Assembly (NCBI GenBank): GCA_002167285.1 | Contig: NHDG01000060.1 | Span: 6,208-70,207, forward strand | DNA: 64,000 nt | Reading direction: 5' to 3' | Source: Planctomycetia bacterium TMED53 | Lineage (GTDB): Bacteria; Planctomycetota; UBA8108; UBA1146 | In this document: piece by piece, positions 29,145 through 40,000 of the stretch | Numbering within the stretch: position 1 is the first letter of the stretch | How the letters are laid out: every line of letters starts with the position of its first letter | Translations under genes and position numbers: made by a program | Notes under the pieces: generated by a model | Seen by the model: the letters and a program-made list of their open reading frames with translations, nothing else | Databases searched by the model: none | What the model was told of the DNA's origin: nothing

Positions 29145-30199
29145 CGCCACTCCCATGCCAGCATTCGGCAGACCAGTCCACTGCCAATCCCCAAAAAGGC
29201 AACCTTGTGTCCACTTTGTAAAAACCCACGCTCTGCTGCCAACGCTGCAGTCATCGGTATCGATACGGTACCGATATTGCCAAGAAACGGAAAGGTGATG
29301 AAATCCTGGTCGGGCGAAATCCCTAGCGATGGCATGATTTCAAGACGGTGAGCTGACCCCACCTGATGGCAAATGGTTCGGTCTACATCGGATGGTTTCC
29401 AATACAGCTGTTCTAGAAATCTGTTCCAAGTTTTTACGCCCAGCTCGACCCCGTGGCGAAGTACTCCAATGGCATCTGTCTCCATGTATTCGAGACGCTC
29501 TGCAGGATCTTCGAGGTTAGGAGGAGTTTTGACTCCCCAGCGACAGAGTTGGTGCCACCGAGAATCACTTCCATGGGCAGAGCCGAGAAGGCGAGGACCT
29601 TTATCACTGATTCTACTCGACGTCAAAATCATCGCTGCGGCTCCTGATCCGCCGGTCCAAGTGGCCAGGGATTTTGTGAATAGATCCATATCAGGATTCT
29701 TTTCAATCTTGGCACAGGCGATCTCGACGATTTCCCTCGCACTTTCACAACTTACAACGACAGTTACTTCATGGCGTTGGGAGCGAATCGAATCTTCGGC
29801 GAGTACGACGGCATCGATGGCTCCCAAGCATGCGTTCGATAGATCATGAAGTTCGACATGGTCACCTGCACCAAGATGGTGAGCCACAGAGCAGGCGGTT
29901 GCGGGTTCAAATCCTTCTCGGCAAACGCCAGCGTATATGATTCGATCGACCGCCGAGATATCCATTCCCGCCCGATCCAGCGCCTTGCTCACCGCTCGAG
30001 CTGACATTTCTGATATTGAGGTATTCCGGTTCCACCAGCGGCGTTCTTTGACCCCGGTCAATTGTTCGATTTGCCCATTGGGAATCCCGAGTCGTTTCCA
30101 GGTGGAACTCATCATCTGTTCGATTTCGACACTGGTGACAACACAGGGTGCCATCTCTATTCCAGTGGCTGCCAGATGTAGTTCGGGGATCGAGGTCAT
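29141..30199 (-). CDS. oleA: OleA thiolase (FabH-like, non-decarboxylative head-to-head Claisen condensing enzyme)
   Basis: Strings close to my recollection of Xanthomonas OleA: DLSNACLGA (active Cys), GGSGAAAMIL, WHQLCRWG, CHQVGSAH, GNIGTVSIP and FLGIGSGLVCRMLAWEW. ATGA overlap with the upstream PKS gene. Confidence 0.85.
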   Translation of the reverse strand: MTSIPELHLAATGIEMAPCVVTSVEIEQMMSSTWKRLGIPNGQIEQLTGVKERRWWNRNTSISEMSARAVSKALDRAGMDISAVDRIIYAGVCREGFEPATACSVAHHLGAGDHVELHDLSNACLGAIDAVVLAEDSIRSQRHEVTVVVSCESAREIVEIACAKIEKNPDMDLFTKSLATWTGGSGAAAMILTSSRISDKGPRLLGSAHGSDSRWHQLCRWGVKTPPNLEDPAERLEYMETDAIGVLRHGVELGVKTWNRFLEQLYWKPSDVDRTICHQVGSAHRLEIMPSLGISPDQDFITFPFLGNIGTVSIPMTAALAAERGFLQSGHKVAFLGIGSGLVCRMLAWEWR

Positions 30200-33100
30200 C
30201 TTGAATTCCTGCGCTGAATGGTGAAGTCTTCCATGCTGTAGATAGGAAGATCATCTACGATGAGCATTCCATCCGCTCGAAGGAAGCCCTTTTCGTCATC
30301 GATCTCATTCACTTGAGCTTCGACGACCACTCGTTTTCTACTTGGAATCACCTGCCCCCGGTAAGTCCAGCGATGGGGAACGCCAGGAAGAATGCTTCTG
30401 TGGGTAAGTGAGCCATTTGGCCCCCAGCGATCGACGGCGATCTCTTGTAACAGTTGCAGCATCGATTCCAGGCCCAGGCTTCCTGGCCATACGGGGTCAC
30501 CCATAAAGTGAGCTTTGAAGAACCAAGCATTAGGATTCACATTGATCGATCCACGAATAAATCCCAGGCCAGAGCTTCCTCCATCGGGGATGTATAAATC
30601 GACTTCATCGAGCATGCGAAATGCTTTTGTTGGTCCTGGTTGTCTTTGATCGAGCGGGTAATACTTTCCCCTCATCGATTCTCTGGGAGAAACAGTTTTT
30701 GGTACCGCACCTGGCAGTCCTACCTGCTCTGCTAAAGCTTCTGGAGGGAAGAAGCCAAAGTAAGTCTTTCCTCGATAAAGAGGGCCCTTTGAATCATCTA
30801 CCTCTAGATCAAAGTGTTGGATCCACATCCCTGCACCGTGATCTGCTGCAGTCATTTTGACCCGAGTCGTGAGGAGTCCGCTTTCCGCAGTGATCGGTCT
30901 TTGCAGGGTGGCTTCACCACCAAGGTTTCTGAAGTGGAGGGGGTCTGGTGAGGTCAACGCTGAACCGACGTACCCAGCAAGCCAACCACAGGGTTGGAGA
31001 GCAATTTCCAACAAGATCGCAAACGGCATTTCACCACTGCCTCCAGCTGCGAAATACCAGGCGTCCGGAGGAACCATGTACTCTGCCGTGCACTCTGCGC
31101 CAGCTTTGACAACCCAAGGTTCTCCTTTGACGTCGACGATTCTATCGAGGAAACAATAAGGTGGACCGGGGAGGCGGGCGAGATATCGATCACCATCGAA
31201 GATTTCGTATCGATCCCCAAAAGCAGCCGAAGGTAATCCTGTTGCGAATGAGAGGATTTGATCATGGCTGTAGATCGTTGGCTTTGTTGAAGAGGTGAGT
31301 GGGTGATCGCCACCACCGCCAGGGGCAGTAGGCAGAATGTCAGTGTCGGCAGCAGTAGGGGAGACTGGGTGGTTACTTCGCCAAAGGTTAGTGAGGGCTT
31401 CTTCACTCAGACCAACGAGTCTCAGGGACAACCCCTCCATCTCGACGATAGGTTTTCCATCTGCGAGCATTACTGCACTTGCGATCACATATGGATTTGG
31501 CTGAAGCCCAATTTCGTGGACGTGAACTTCATAGCTGACTAATCGAGTCTCAGGGGTCACTTGTCCTCTGCACCGGAGTCTGCCTGCGATTCCAGGAACT
31601 GGCATTGCTGAAATCTCTTCAGCCTCTCCGACCCAACCCCAACTCATCAACAGGACCCTGAGTGTGTGGATGCAACTTTCGTACATCAGAGTTCCAGGCA
31701 TGACGTGATCATCGGTGAAGTGGCAAGTGAGGAACCAATCATCGGGGTGAATCTTTAATTCTCCAACGACGTGACCCAAACCGTAATCTCCACCCTTTGC
31801 TTCGATCCGGGTGATTCGATCGATCAGGGTCATCAATCCACCAGGTAGGGTCCATGGTGTTTTTAAATTAATCCCTTTAAATGCAGGACCGAACACTTGT
31901 CCGAGTTCTCCCTGCCGGAGCAGGTTGAGTGCAGTGCTATCCAAATCGGAACGGTTTGTCGATGTCGGAGGGCTCCAGTCAGCGGGGCATTTCGGTTGAG
32001 GTCGAGGACGATGGGGAGACTGAACGATGCCCCTTCCCGAAGCGAGTTCTTCTGGGGAAAAGAATCCTGCACAGCCATCGCGCATCATCAAAAATGGTTC
32101 ACCGTCCACAGTGGCATCGAATTCAAACCTGAAGAGGAGTGTCTTGTCCTGGCGGAAGAACTCGTTGATTCGGATATCGTAGATGATGCTTTTTCCCGCA
32201 GTAGGAAGGTCTGAATGAAAAGTGATTTGTGCGTCGAGGAGTCGATAGACCGATTCTCCTCGGGTATGCAAATCAGCTCCAAGAAAGCCGGAAAGAAACA
32301 GGTCCGCTTGACCGCTCTCAACGGCGATGGAGGTCGGAATCCTCCCAGAATCGAGATACCAACTACCCATCTTGACATCATGAGCTGTAACGATTCTCCC
32401 TGAGCCAAGGGTGAGGGGCTCTCCCTCCATCGATAAAATTCGATCTACCAACATCAATGGTTCGTCCGGAAGGCGAACTCTGGTTGGAAATAGATCCGCC
32501 TCTCCATGCTTCATTCCTAGAACTGGACCCACTGACCCCCGGGCAAACTCAAGGCATTGAGCTCGGTTGAACAACGCGCCTGAATCAGCCTTCGATGTTT
32601 CATTCATACGTTCAGGAGTGCTCTGGAGGTTTTTTAACTGATCTATATCTGGGTCTGCCGTTTGCTCTGTAGCAGCTGATTCGGAGGATTCGATGCGTCG
32701 GGAGACGACTCTTCGCAATCGCTCTTCCAATCGCGCCTTCCGCATATCAGGGAGGACTTTTGACTGAGCTGAGCTAGGAGCTGAGCTAGGAGATGGGACA
32801 GGAGAAGGAGGGACAGGAGAAGGGACAGGCGAAGTGACTGCAGAGATCGCTGGTTCAAGGATTTTGTTGGGTTCTTCAGAGGGATTCGTTGTCAATCTTT
32901 GCTCCCGTTCGGTCACGGGGACTACTTCGGTTGCAATTTCAGTTGGAAGTGCGGGGCTCTTCAGATTTCTTTTCATTGAGGCAGGGAGTGCGGGGACATG
33001 TCTTGGTCCTTTGCCATCGGGAATTTCTACCAAATTCTCATCGTCTCCCAATGTTCGGATCACGGCGAAAGAATCGTTTCCTAGCAAGGGTTCAAAGTTC

Positions 33101-36100
33101 ACCGGAATCCTTTCGACTGCGCATGCCAGCAATAACCTGGTCAAGCTGAGTTCCTCAGATTCTCCGCGCCAAAAGAGGGGTAGCGTCCGATAGTTTTTAT
33201 CGCCCAGAGCTTTCCTGATTAAACGTGAACAGGAAGCTCCCGGCCCAGGTTCGATAAAGATCCTCGTTCCCTGGTTCCACATCTCTTCAATCAACTGGGG
33301 GAAATCGAACCCGTGTATCGCCTGATTCAAGATCGAGTTGGCGATGTCAGCGGAATTGATAGATAGAGGCTTGGCGGAAGCCGTGCACAGAATTTTGCTT
33401 CCATTCTTTGGAGCTGTGACGGGCCAATCATGAAGAGATCGATACTCTTCGCGGACCAATTCAACTAAGGGACAGTGCACAGAGGTGACCCCTGAGAGTG
33501 GGACCGATGACCAGCCCTCGGTTTCCGTCAGCAATTTGATCTCTGTGGGGTCTCCACCGATCACCACTTCATCGGAGGCGTTTACGAGGAGCAGGAAGCA
33601 GCGTTGATATCTGCGTAATGCCCTCTCTACTTCAGTTCGGGATCGATCGACGACACAAGCGGCCCAAGGAGTTTCCTGCATTGACTTCAGGTTCCATGCA
33701 CTTCTGGCGGCTCTAAATTCGCCACCCAACCACACATCAAACAGGTCTCCTGTTTCCATCTGGTTTTGCATTTCCCGTCGTTGCTGCCACACACCTTGTG
33801 CAAAGAGCATCGCCGTTTGTCCGAGACTATGGCCACAAGAGACCACTGGCTCGATTCCAAAACCACGCAACAAGTCTGTGCCAAATCCTCCCAATGCAAC
33901 TTGGGCGAGAATCTCTTCTCGGACATCCCCTGGTAGTGGGGTCATTGGGCTCCAGAATGCTGGGTCGGAGATCATCCGATGCAGCATTCCTCCATCATCC
34001 CGAGTAGAGGTCATGGCACCGGAAAAACGGGTCAATAACTGCTGACCTGCTCCCGAATACAAGCTTCCGGATCCTGGGTAAACGAATCCGACATCACCTG
34101 CAAACCCAAGGGCAGTCGGATGCGATCTCAGTACTTCCCAACCTTCTCCGCGAAGGTCTCGTTTTTCTTCTTCAGGAACATTTTTCGTTTCTGCCAATGC
34201 TTCACAGAGGCTGCTGTAGTCCCTGAACAGTATGCCAATCGCTTTTGATGAAGAATAATCGGACGGCTGCTTGGCGAGCCAAAGTTTCGTTAATCTAGAG
34301 GCCGAAAGTTCTTCATTTGAGAGGTGTTGCAGCCAATACTCAAAATCTGACAGAGATTTGACTGAAGAGTTCCCCTCGAGGAGCACATGTCCCCAAGGTA
34401 GATCGCCATTGATGGAGATTTTATTGTCGGCAAGTTTGGGTTGAGCCATGCGCATCAATAAAGAGCCATGGTCACCCAGGCGTCCACGAAAGTCGATGCG
34501 AGTCGTTGCTTTGCCTGTCAAAGCATGTAGCCAAGGAATCGCCGGTCTATCCATGGAACTACTGGGTAGAACAGCCGCATCGAACATCATTAGGCCTTGA
34601 ATGGTGGATAGAATTGGCGTTACACAGCCGCTGTTTTCCAGTTCAGTAGGTAGAGAGACGATACGAGTTCCTGGAGTTCGCGTAGCCTTCGAAAGGTTGA
34701 TCGGATGATCGGTGGGGCTCAAAACGATGTGAGGGCGGGAGTTTTGCCACATTGCCAGCTGGGTTGCTCTTTCAGCCGGTAGGGTTCTGCTACCAGAAAA
34801 GAGGCTGTCGGCAGCAGCGCAGCCAGTTCCTTCGAGGATCCCGTAGATGTTTTGTTGATCCTTTTCCGCATCTTCAAGTCTGCGAAGGATAAGGGCTGCG
34901 GCAGCATCGGTTCTGGGAGGCAACCCTTGTCTGGCATCATTCACACGGGAAATGACGTCGAGCCCAAAATCTGCTGCAGCGACGATGACAGCATCAGTGC
35001 TTCGATCTTGCAGGCTGTGGATTCCTTGTTCGATAGCGCGGAATCCCCCCAGATCATCATTACTCACCGTATGAGATGGACCACCTGCACCGAGATCTCT
35101 GGCGATTCGACTCGCTGCGACACTACCGAGTGCACCCATGACTCGATTGGCAGTGAGGGGATCACTGACTTCATCCTGGAGTTTATTAATCCACTGATCG
35201 ACTTCTTCTGGGCGAGCTTCAATTCCGAGTTCCTTGAGCCAAGATCTTCCTCTTTCTGGAAGTATCCAGCGCAAATGAAACAAGCTACTTCTTGGATCTA
35301 AATTCAATCCAACCAGAACCGATCCACCCAAGCCCAACTCATCCATATCGGCATGCTGCAGGGCTTCGCGGCAAACTTGTAAAAGCGCCAATTGTTGAGG
35401 TAGCAGATCCCGCATCTCTGTGGGAGGGATCCTGTAATTGACTGGAGAGCTCTTCAATGGCCCGGAGGGGGCTCCCGACGACAACTTAAGTCCCTCTTCT
35501 TCTAACCACCGTGATTCCGGAATCCCGAACTGCCCCGGCAATGGGGATTGGTCGTGAGAAAATTCATCGATCGTCAGCAGCGTTGATCTCAAAGCGGAGC
35601 AATTTTTGATGGGGCCTGCCATGGCACCAAATCCCACCACGGCGATAGGGCTGTCGGAGTATCGAGTAGTGGGGGCGGTTTTAACAACTTCAACTCTTGA
35701 AGGTGAGTACTCCTCAATCAAAAGGTGAGCGTTGATACCGCCAAAACCAAAGGCACTGACTGCAGACCTTCTCGATCTACCAGTTTGCTGAAGCCATGGT
35801 TCTGCGGCGTCCGGAATTCGGAATGGAGAACTTTCTAATGGGAAACCACCAGGTGTTTGCCGTTGATCCGGAAGAGGTGGTATCTCACCATTCTTCATCG
35901 CTAAGATCACTTTTATCAATCCGGCGCTGCCAGCAGCAGTCAGCGTGTGACCGATGGAAGCTTTAATCGATCCGAGAGCGCATTGTCCAGTATTCCAATT
36001 CTGGTCGCTCCAAAGTTCCTGCAAGCTGTTTAACTCTGTTCCATCCCCAACAGGTGTTCCTGTGGCGTGACACTCGATGAAATCGACTTCAGAAGGGGAC

Positions 36101-37047
36101 CAGCCCGCCTGTTGATATGCTCGGCGCATCGCTCTGACTTGTCCCTCACCGGAAGGCGCGAGTAATCCGCCGGATCGATCATTTGAGAGGCCCCAGCCGC
36201 GAATGACACCGAGGATCGGTTCACCATTCTCTTCTGCGTCTTTCAAACGACGCAGCCGCAAGATCCCTGCTCCCTCACCGACGACCAGCCCTTGACCTCG
36301 ATCATCGAGGGGACGGCATCGTCCTTCAGGAGAGAGCGCTCGAAGTTGTGAAAAACCCATCTGGGTAAATAGTGCGTCGGGGCGAGAGACTCCTCCAGCC
36401 AAGGCATGATCACAACGATTGGAAATTAGATCATCGCATGCTTTCGAGACGGCATAGAGTGCAGAGGCGCACGCTGCATCGAGAGTCCATGCTCCAGATC
36501 TCAATCCGAGGGCTGACCTTAATGCTGTCGCGGGGAGGGAAGCATCGTGCCGGTCAAGGGGATGGCAAGTAGGGTATCCCCTTGGCCGACGGTCATCGAA
36601 ATTAATTTCTCCGAGGACCGTTTCTTCAAGGGTGTCTCCAATAATGGCATCCGCCATCGAAGAAGTAGATTCTGTCGGAAGCAGGAGTTGTCCCAGAATG
36701 ACATGTGTTCTGTCTGGATCGAGGCGAACAGGGCTGTTGCCGACCGCTTCAATTCCTGCGTGAACAGCCAACTGAACAGAGGGATCCAGGGACTTCAGCA
36801 GTTCTTGCGAAAGATCGCCGGATCGGAGTCCATTTTCGGGATGGGTCACGAATGCTCCACGAACGGCCCTCACCCGATCAGTTTTAGGATCAGCACCACC
36901 ATTGGCGATTTCGGGAGGAAGGATCCAGCGACCCGGTGGAACCTCTTGGGTGTGATCGGCACCACTGCGGACCATTTCCCAAAATTCCTTTTGATTATGG
37001 GCTCCGGGGAAGATGAACCCTATGCCGACGACTGCGATATCAGTCAA
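30196..37047 (-). CDS. pfaC: PUFA-synthase subunit, PfaC-like with embedded acyltransferase: KS-CLF-AT-DH(FabA)-DH(FabA)
   Basis: 2283 aa. KS: DAACASALY (~36461-36489), ECHATGTP and GHTLTAAG. A second KS-like domain lacks the Cys and is read as CLF. AT: GHSLGQ (~33816-33840). Pro/Ser linker SPVPSPVPPSPVPSP. Two FabA-type DH motifs: CHFTDDHVMPGTLMYE (~31691-31736) and AHFMGDPVWPGSLGLE (~30475-30524). The TTG start overlaps the pfaA stop (TTGA). Confidence 0.85.
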   Translation of the reverse strand: MTDIAVVGIGFIFPGAHNQKEFWEMVRSGADHTQEVPPGRWILPPEIANGGADPKTDRVRAVRGAFVTHPENGLRSGDLSQELLKSLDPSVQLAVHAGIEAVGNSPVRLDPDRTHVILGQLLLPTESTSSMADAIIGDTLEETVLGEINFDDRRPRGYPTCHPLDRHDASLPATALRSALGLRSGAWTLDAACASALYAVSKACDDLISNRCDHALAGGVSRPDALFTQMGFSQLRALSPEGRCRPLDDRGQGLVVGEGAGILRLRRLKDAEENGEPILGVIRGWGLSNDRSGGLLAPSGEGQVRAMRRAYQQAGWSPSEVDFIECHATGTPVGDGTELNSLQELWSDQNWNTGQCALGSIKASIGHTLTAAGSAGLIKVILAMKNGEIPPLPDQRQTPGGFPLESSPFRIPDAAEPWLQQTGRSRRSAVSAFGFGGINAHLLIEEYSPSRVEVVKTAPTTRYSDSPIAVVGFGAMAGPIKNCSALRSTLLTIDEFSHDQSPLPGQFGIPESRWLEEEGLKLSSGAPSGPLKSSPVNYRIPPTEMRDLLPQQLALLQVCREALQHADMDELGLGGSVLVGLNLDPRSSLFHLRWILPERGRSWLKELGIEARPEEVDQWINKLQDEVSDPLTANRVMGALGSVAASRIARDLGAGGPSHTVSNDDLGGFRAIEQGIHSLQDRSTDAVIVAAADFGLDVISRVNDARQGLPPRTDAAAALILRRLEDAEKDQQNIYGILEGTGCAAADSLFSGSRTLPAERATQLAMWQNSRPHIVLSPTDHPINLSKATRTPGTRIVSLPTELENSGCVTPILSTIQGLMMFDAAVLPSSSMDRPAIPWLHALTGKATTRIDFRGRLGDHGSLLMRMAQPKLADNKISINGDLPWGHVLLEGNSSVKSLSDFEYWLQHLSNEELSASRLTKLWLAKQPSDYSSSKAIGILFRDYSSLCEALAETKNVPEEEKRDLRGEGWEVLRSHPTALGFAGDVGFVYPGSGSLYSGAGQQLLTRFSGAMTSTRDDGGMLHRMISDPAFWSPMTPLPGDVREEILAQVALGGFGTDLLRGFGIEPVVSCGHSLGQTAMLFAQGVWQQRREMQNQMETGDLFDVWLGGEFRAARSAWNLKSMQETPWAACVVDRSRTEVERALRRYQRCFLLLVNASDEVVIGGDPTEIKLLTETEGWSSVPLSGVTSVHCPLVELVREEYRSLHDWPVTAPKNGSKILCTASAKPLSINSADIANSILNQAIHGFDFPQLIEEMWNQGTRIFIEPGPGASCSRLIRKALGDKNYRTLPLFWRGESEELSLTRLLLACAVERIPVNFEPLLGNDSFAVIRTLGDDENLVEIPDGKGPRHVPALPASMKRNLKSPALPTEIATEVVPVTEREQRLTTNPSEEPNKILEPAISAVTSPVPSPVPPSPVPSPSSAPSSAQSKVLPDMRKARLEERLRRVVSRRIESSESAATEQTADPDIDQLKNLQSTPERMNETSKADSGALFNRAQCLEFARGSVGPVLGMKHGEADLFPTRVRLPDEPLMLVDRILSMEGEPLTLGSGRIVTAHDVKMGSWYLDSGRIPTSIAVESGQADLFLSGFLGADLHTRGESVYRLLDAQITFHSDLPTAGKSIIYDIRINEFFRQDKTLLFRFEFDATVDGEPFLMMRDGCAGFFSPEELASGRGIVQSPHRPRPQPKCPADWSPPTSTNRSDLDSTALNLLRQGELGQVFGPAFKGINLKTPWTLPGGLMTLIDRITRIEAKGGDYGLGHVVGELKIHPDDWFLTCHFTDDHVMPGTLMYESCIHTLRVLLMSWGWVGEAEEISAMPVPGIAGRLRCRGQVTPETRLVSYEVHVHEIGLQPNPYVIASAVMLADGKPIVEMEGLSLRLVGLSEEALTNLWRSNHPVSPTAADTDILPTAPGGGGDHPLTSSTKPTIYSHDQILSFATGLPSAAFGDRYEIFDGDRYLARLPGPPYCFLDRIVDVKGEPWVVKAGAECTAEYMVPPDAWYFAAGGSGEMPFAILLEIALQPCGWLAGYVGSALTSPDPLHFRNLGGEATLQRPITAESGLLTTRVKMTAADHGAGMWIQHFDLEVDDSKGPLYRGKTYFGFFPPEALAEQVGLPGAVPKTVSPRESMRGKYYPLDQRQPGPTKAFRMLDEVDLYIPDGGSSGLGFIRGSINVNPNAWFFKAHFMGDPVWPGSLGLESMLQLLQEIAVDRWGPNGSLTHRSILPGVPHRWTYRGQVIPSRKRVVVEAQVNEIDDEKGFLRADGMLIVDDLPIYSMEDFTIQRRNSR

Positions 37048-40000
37048 TGCTGGGTCTCTTCCGAAAGTTCTTGCTGTTGGAATGCCTCCACCAGGGCAGC
37101 ATCGATGACGACTTCAGCGCCGGAGAGAGTCATAAGTGGCTCGCCATTTTCATTTAGAACTTCGGCTTTGGCGCTTGCCAATGATGTACTGAATTGCTCC
37201 AGTTCGACTCTGGTTTCAAGTTCGCCCATGCGAGCGTGCCCATGAACTCGAAGTTCAGATATTGAGCAGGGGAGACAAGGAGCGCCAACGGTATCGTTAC
37301 TCCAAATAATCAGTGCCTGAAAGATGGCGTCCAGTCGAAGAGGATCCAGCAGCCAGAATGGAAGTAATGGCGATCGGAATCCCTTACCAGGAGATGGCGT
37401 ACCAATAGCGGTAAAGGTGATCCCCTCATCGTTCATGCCCAGGATTTTATTCAGGCATCGGAAACTGTCACCGTGGAATAGAAGATCCCCATGGTCGGCA
37501 GCTGGAGCAGTTGTTCGTGCACTAATCTTCGAGGAGACTTGTTTTTGTTGTCCCAGAAGGACTTCCGCTTTGGCGTGAAGTCGGGCTTCATGATCGCGGC
37601 TGCGAATTTCCACGGGAACAGAGAGTTGATCGCCATTGTAAGTGGGAGGACCGCTGAAAAACGCGAGCTGAGCGATTTCTCTCCCGCCGATGACGATTCC
37701 TTTCAGGACTCTGAAATTGCTGATGCCAATAAAGTCGAGACCCGGGTTCCGATGTGCGGCTACCTGGGCGCACCACTCAACCAGTAAGGCGGCAGGAATT
37801 ACTGCACGACCTTGAAGGACATGATCACGAAGTGTTGGGTCACTCTCACAGGAGATATCGAGTGCCAATTGCTCTTCCCATGGGATCTCTGAAGAAATCG
37901 CAGGTTGTTGGGAAGGTACGACAGCAGGTTTGGAAATTTCCTTGCGAGTGACCTTCGGGCCAGGGAACTCCCCAATCTCATGTAGGAAGTCATGATGAGT
38001 TCCAAAAGATTTCAGTGCGATGTGATGACAGTGCGCTTGGGATCGAACCTGAGAGACGAAATGATCGGCTCCCTGCGCTAAATCGATCAATCCCACTCCT
38101 TCTGAATGGAAGAGATCTCTGAGGCCGGAATCGACCATGCCGCCATCCCAAGGCCCCCAGCCGATGCTGTTTACGTGGCAGCTTGGCCGCTGTTGAGACT
38201 CTCTGATCGCCAGTTGGTTCAAAGTTTCGTTGGCTGCGGCATAGTCCGATTGCCCTTTTCGACCCAAGGTTGCCGTGGTCGAGGAGAAAAATTGAACCAA
38301 GTGGAGATCGTCAGTTGAGCAAAGATCGAGCAAGTGCAGAGCAGGATCCACTTTGGTTTGCCAAACCTTGACAAAATCTTCATCCGATTTGTCTACGATC
38401 CAACTATCTGCCAAAACTCCAGCGCCATGGATGATTCCTTTGACAGAACCATGACGCTGTCGTGCTTCATTGAGTACTGCTTCAAGGGAATCACGCTGGC
38501 GAACATCAACGGAGCGGTAGGTCACTTCGCAACCGCGGGATCTGAGTTGCTCAATTCTATGAAGGATCTCTCGCGATTGCCTGATCAGATTCGCTTCACC
38601 GCGAATGACAGCCGGAGATTTTTCTCTTGCGGCCAGCTCGAAGAGTTTCGCCTCCAGTGACTCATCGGGAACTCCATGAGCCCAGTTGGGTTCGTGGCCA
38701 GGCTCTGGAGTTCTACCCAGCAGATACAAAGCAGGACTCGAGTCACGGGTCAGCGCCTCCAAGCATTCAGCGGTGACTCCGCGGGCTCCTCCGGTCACGA
38801 TCAAAAGATCCCCTGAGTTGATCGGAGATCGACCAAAATGTTCTGGCTGGATCGCTTCTAGATACAACTCTTGTCGACCTCCTTGTTGAAGACCGACCCA
38901 GCGCTCTTCACCATGAAAGATCTCTTCAGTCACTTCTCGGGCGATCTTTGCAGGGGGAACTTCTACAGATTCAAGATCGATTCCGCGCACGACAAAGTCG
39001 GCCCATTCTCTGGCAGCGCAACGGGTCATGCCCAATAAAGCGCCTCCGAGGGAGGACTCACTAAGGTCGGCCCCTGAGCTTTGATCTGAAGAGATTCCGA
39101 AGTGTCCACCCAGTCGGGTGATGACGTGAAGTGAAGATTGGCCTTTGGGGTGCTGGCGGAGACGCTTTCCAGCCTCTCGTATCCAGCGGAATGCCTCTAG
39201 AGGTTCGTTTGAACCAGGTTCCAACGATCCAATCAGAATCATTCCGCCTAATTCACAATGAGGTGATTGGATCGGAGTGTTGTCATTCATACTCCAATGC
39301 CTGGCATCCACATTACGCTGGGAGAGTTCTTTTACAATTTCTTCTCTGAGGAGGGGATCACTTCCGATGACCCACCACTGCGCTTCTTTGTCGAGTTCGA
39401 GTTCTGTCGTAGTTTCCCTTTGGGGGAGTGTTCGAACTGCTGGTTTTGCGAGAATCAGTGGATTCGAGTTTGTGGCACTTGGAATGCTTGGTTCGGGAAC
39501 TTCCGAAGTGGTCGAGATCCCATCGGTTTGGTCATACCAACTGGAGATTTGTTGAATCGTTCGTAAAGTTGCGAGCTGATCGGCAGGGATAGCCGGTAGA
39601 TCGGGACGGTGCTGCCTCAGTGCTGAGAGAATCTCAACTCGCTTAATGCTGTCAATTCCCAGGTCTGATTCCAAGTCGAGTTCAACTCCAATGGCATCTT
39701 CCGGATATCCCGTTTTTTCAGCGATTACTGAGAGTAAGAGCGGAATCAGTATTGCAGATTCGGACGGCTCGGAGCTCTCGGAGGGAAGAGGAGTCGGCTC
39801 TATATTAGGCGCGGTTTCGACTGCGGCTTCGAAGGTTACCCCGGAAGTATTTGTTTCAGGTGATAAGGCTTCTACCAATTGGAGAATCGTGCGCAAGGAC
39901 CCCAGCTGCTCAGGTGGAATCGTCGGTAGATCACTTCGCTTTTGTTTCAGGGCAGAAAGTATTTCCACTCGTTTGATGCTGTCGATTCCCAAATCACCTT

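Noticed and set aside
36547-37245. 232-aa plus-strand ORF spanning the pfaA/pfaC junction
   Set aside because: It is antisense to two strongly supported PKS genes, has no recognisable motifs, and its composition is low-complexity and Arg/Ser-rich, typical of shadow frames.
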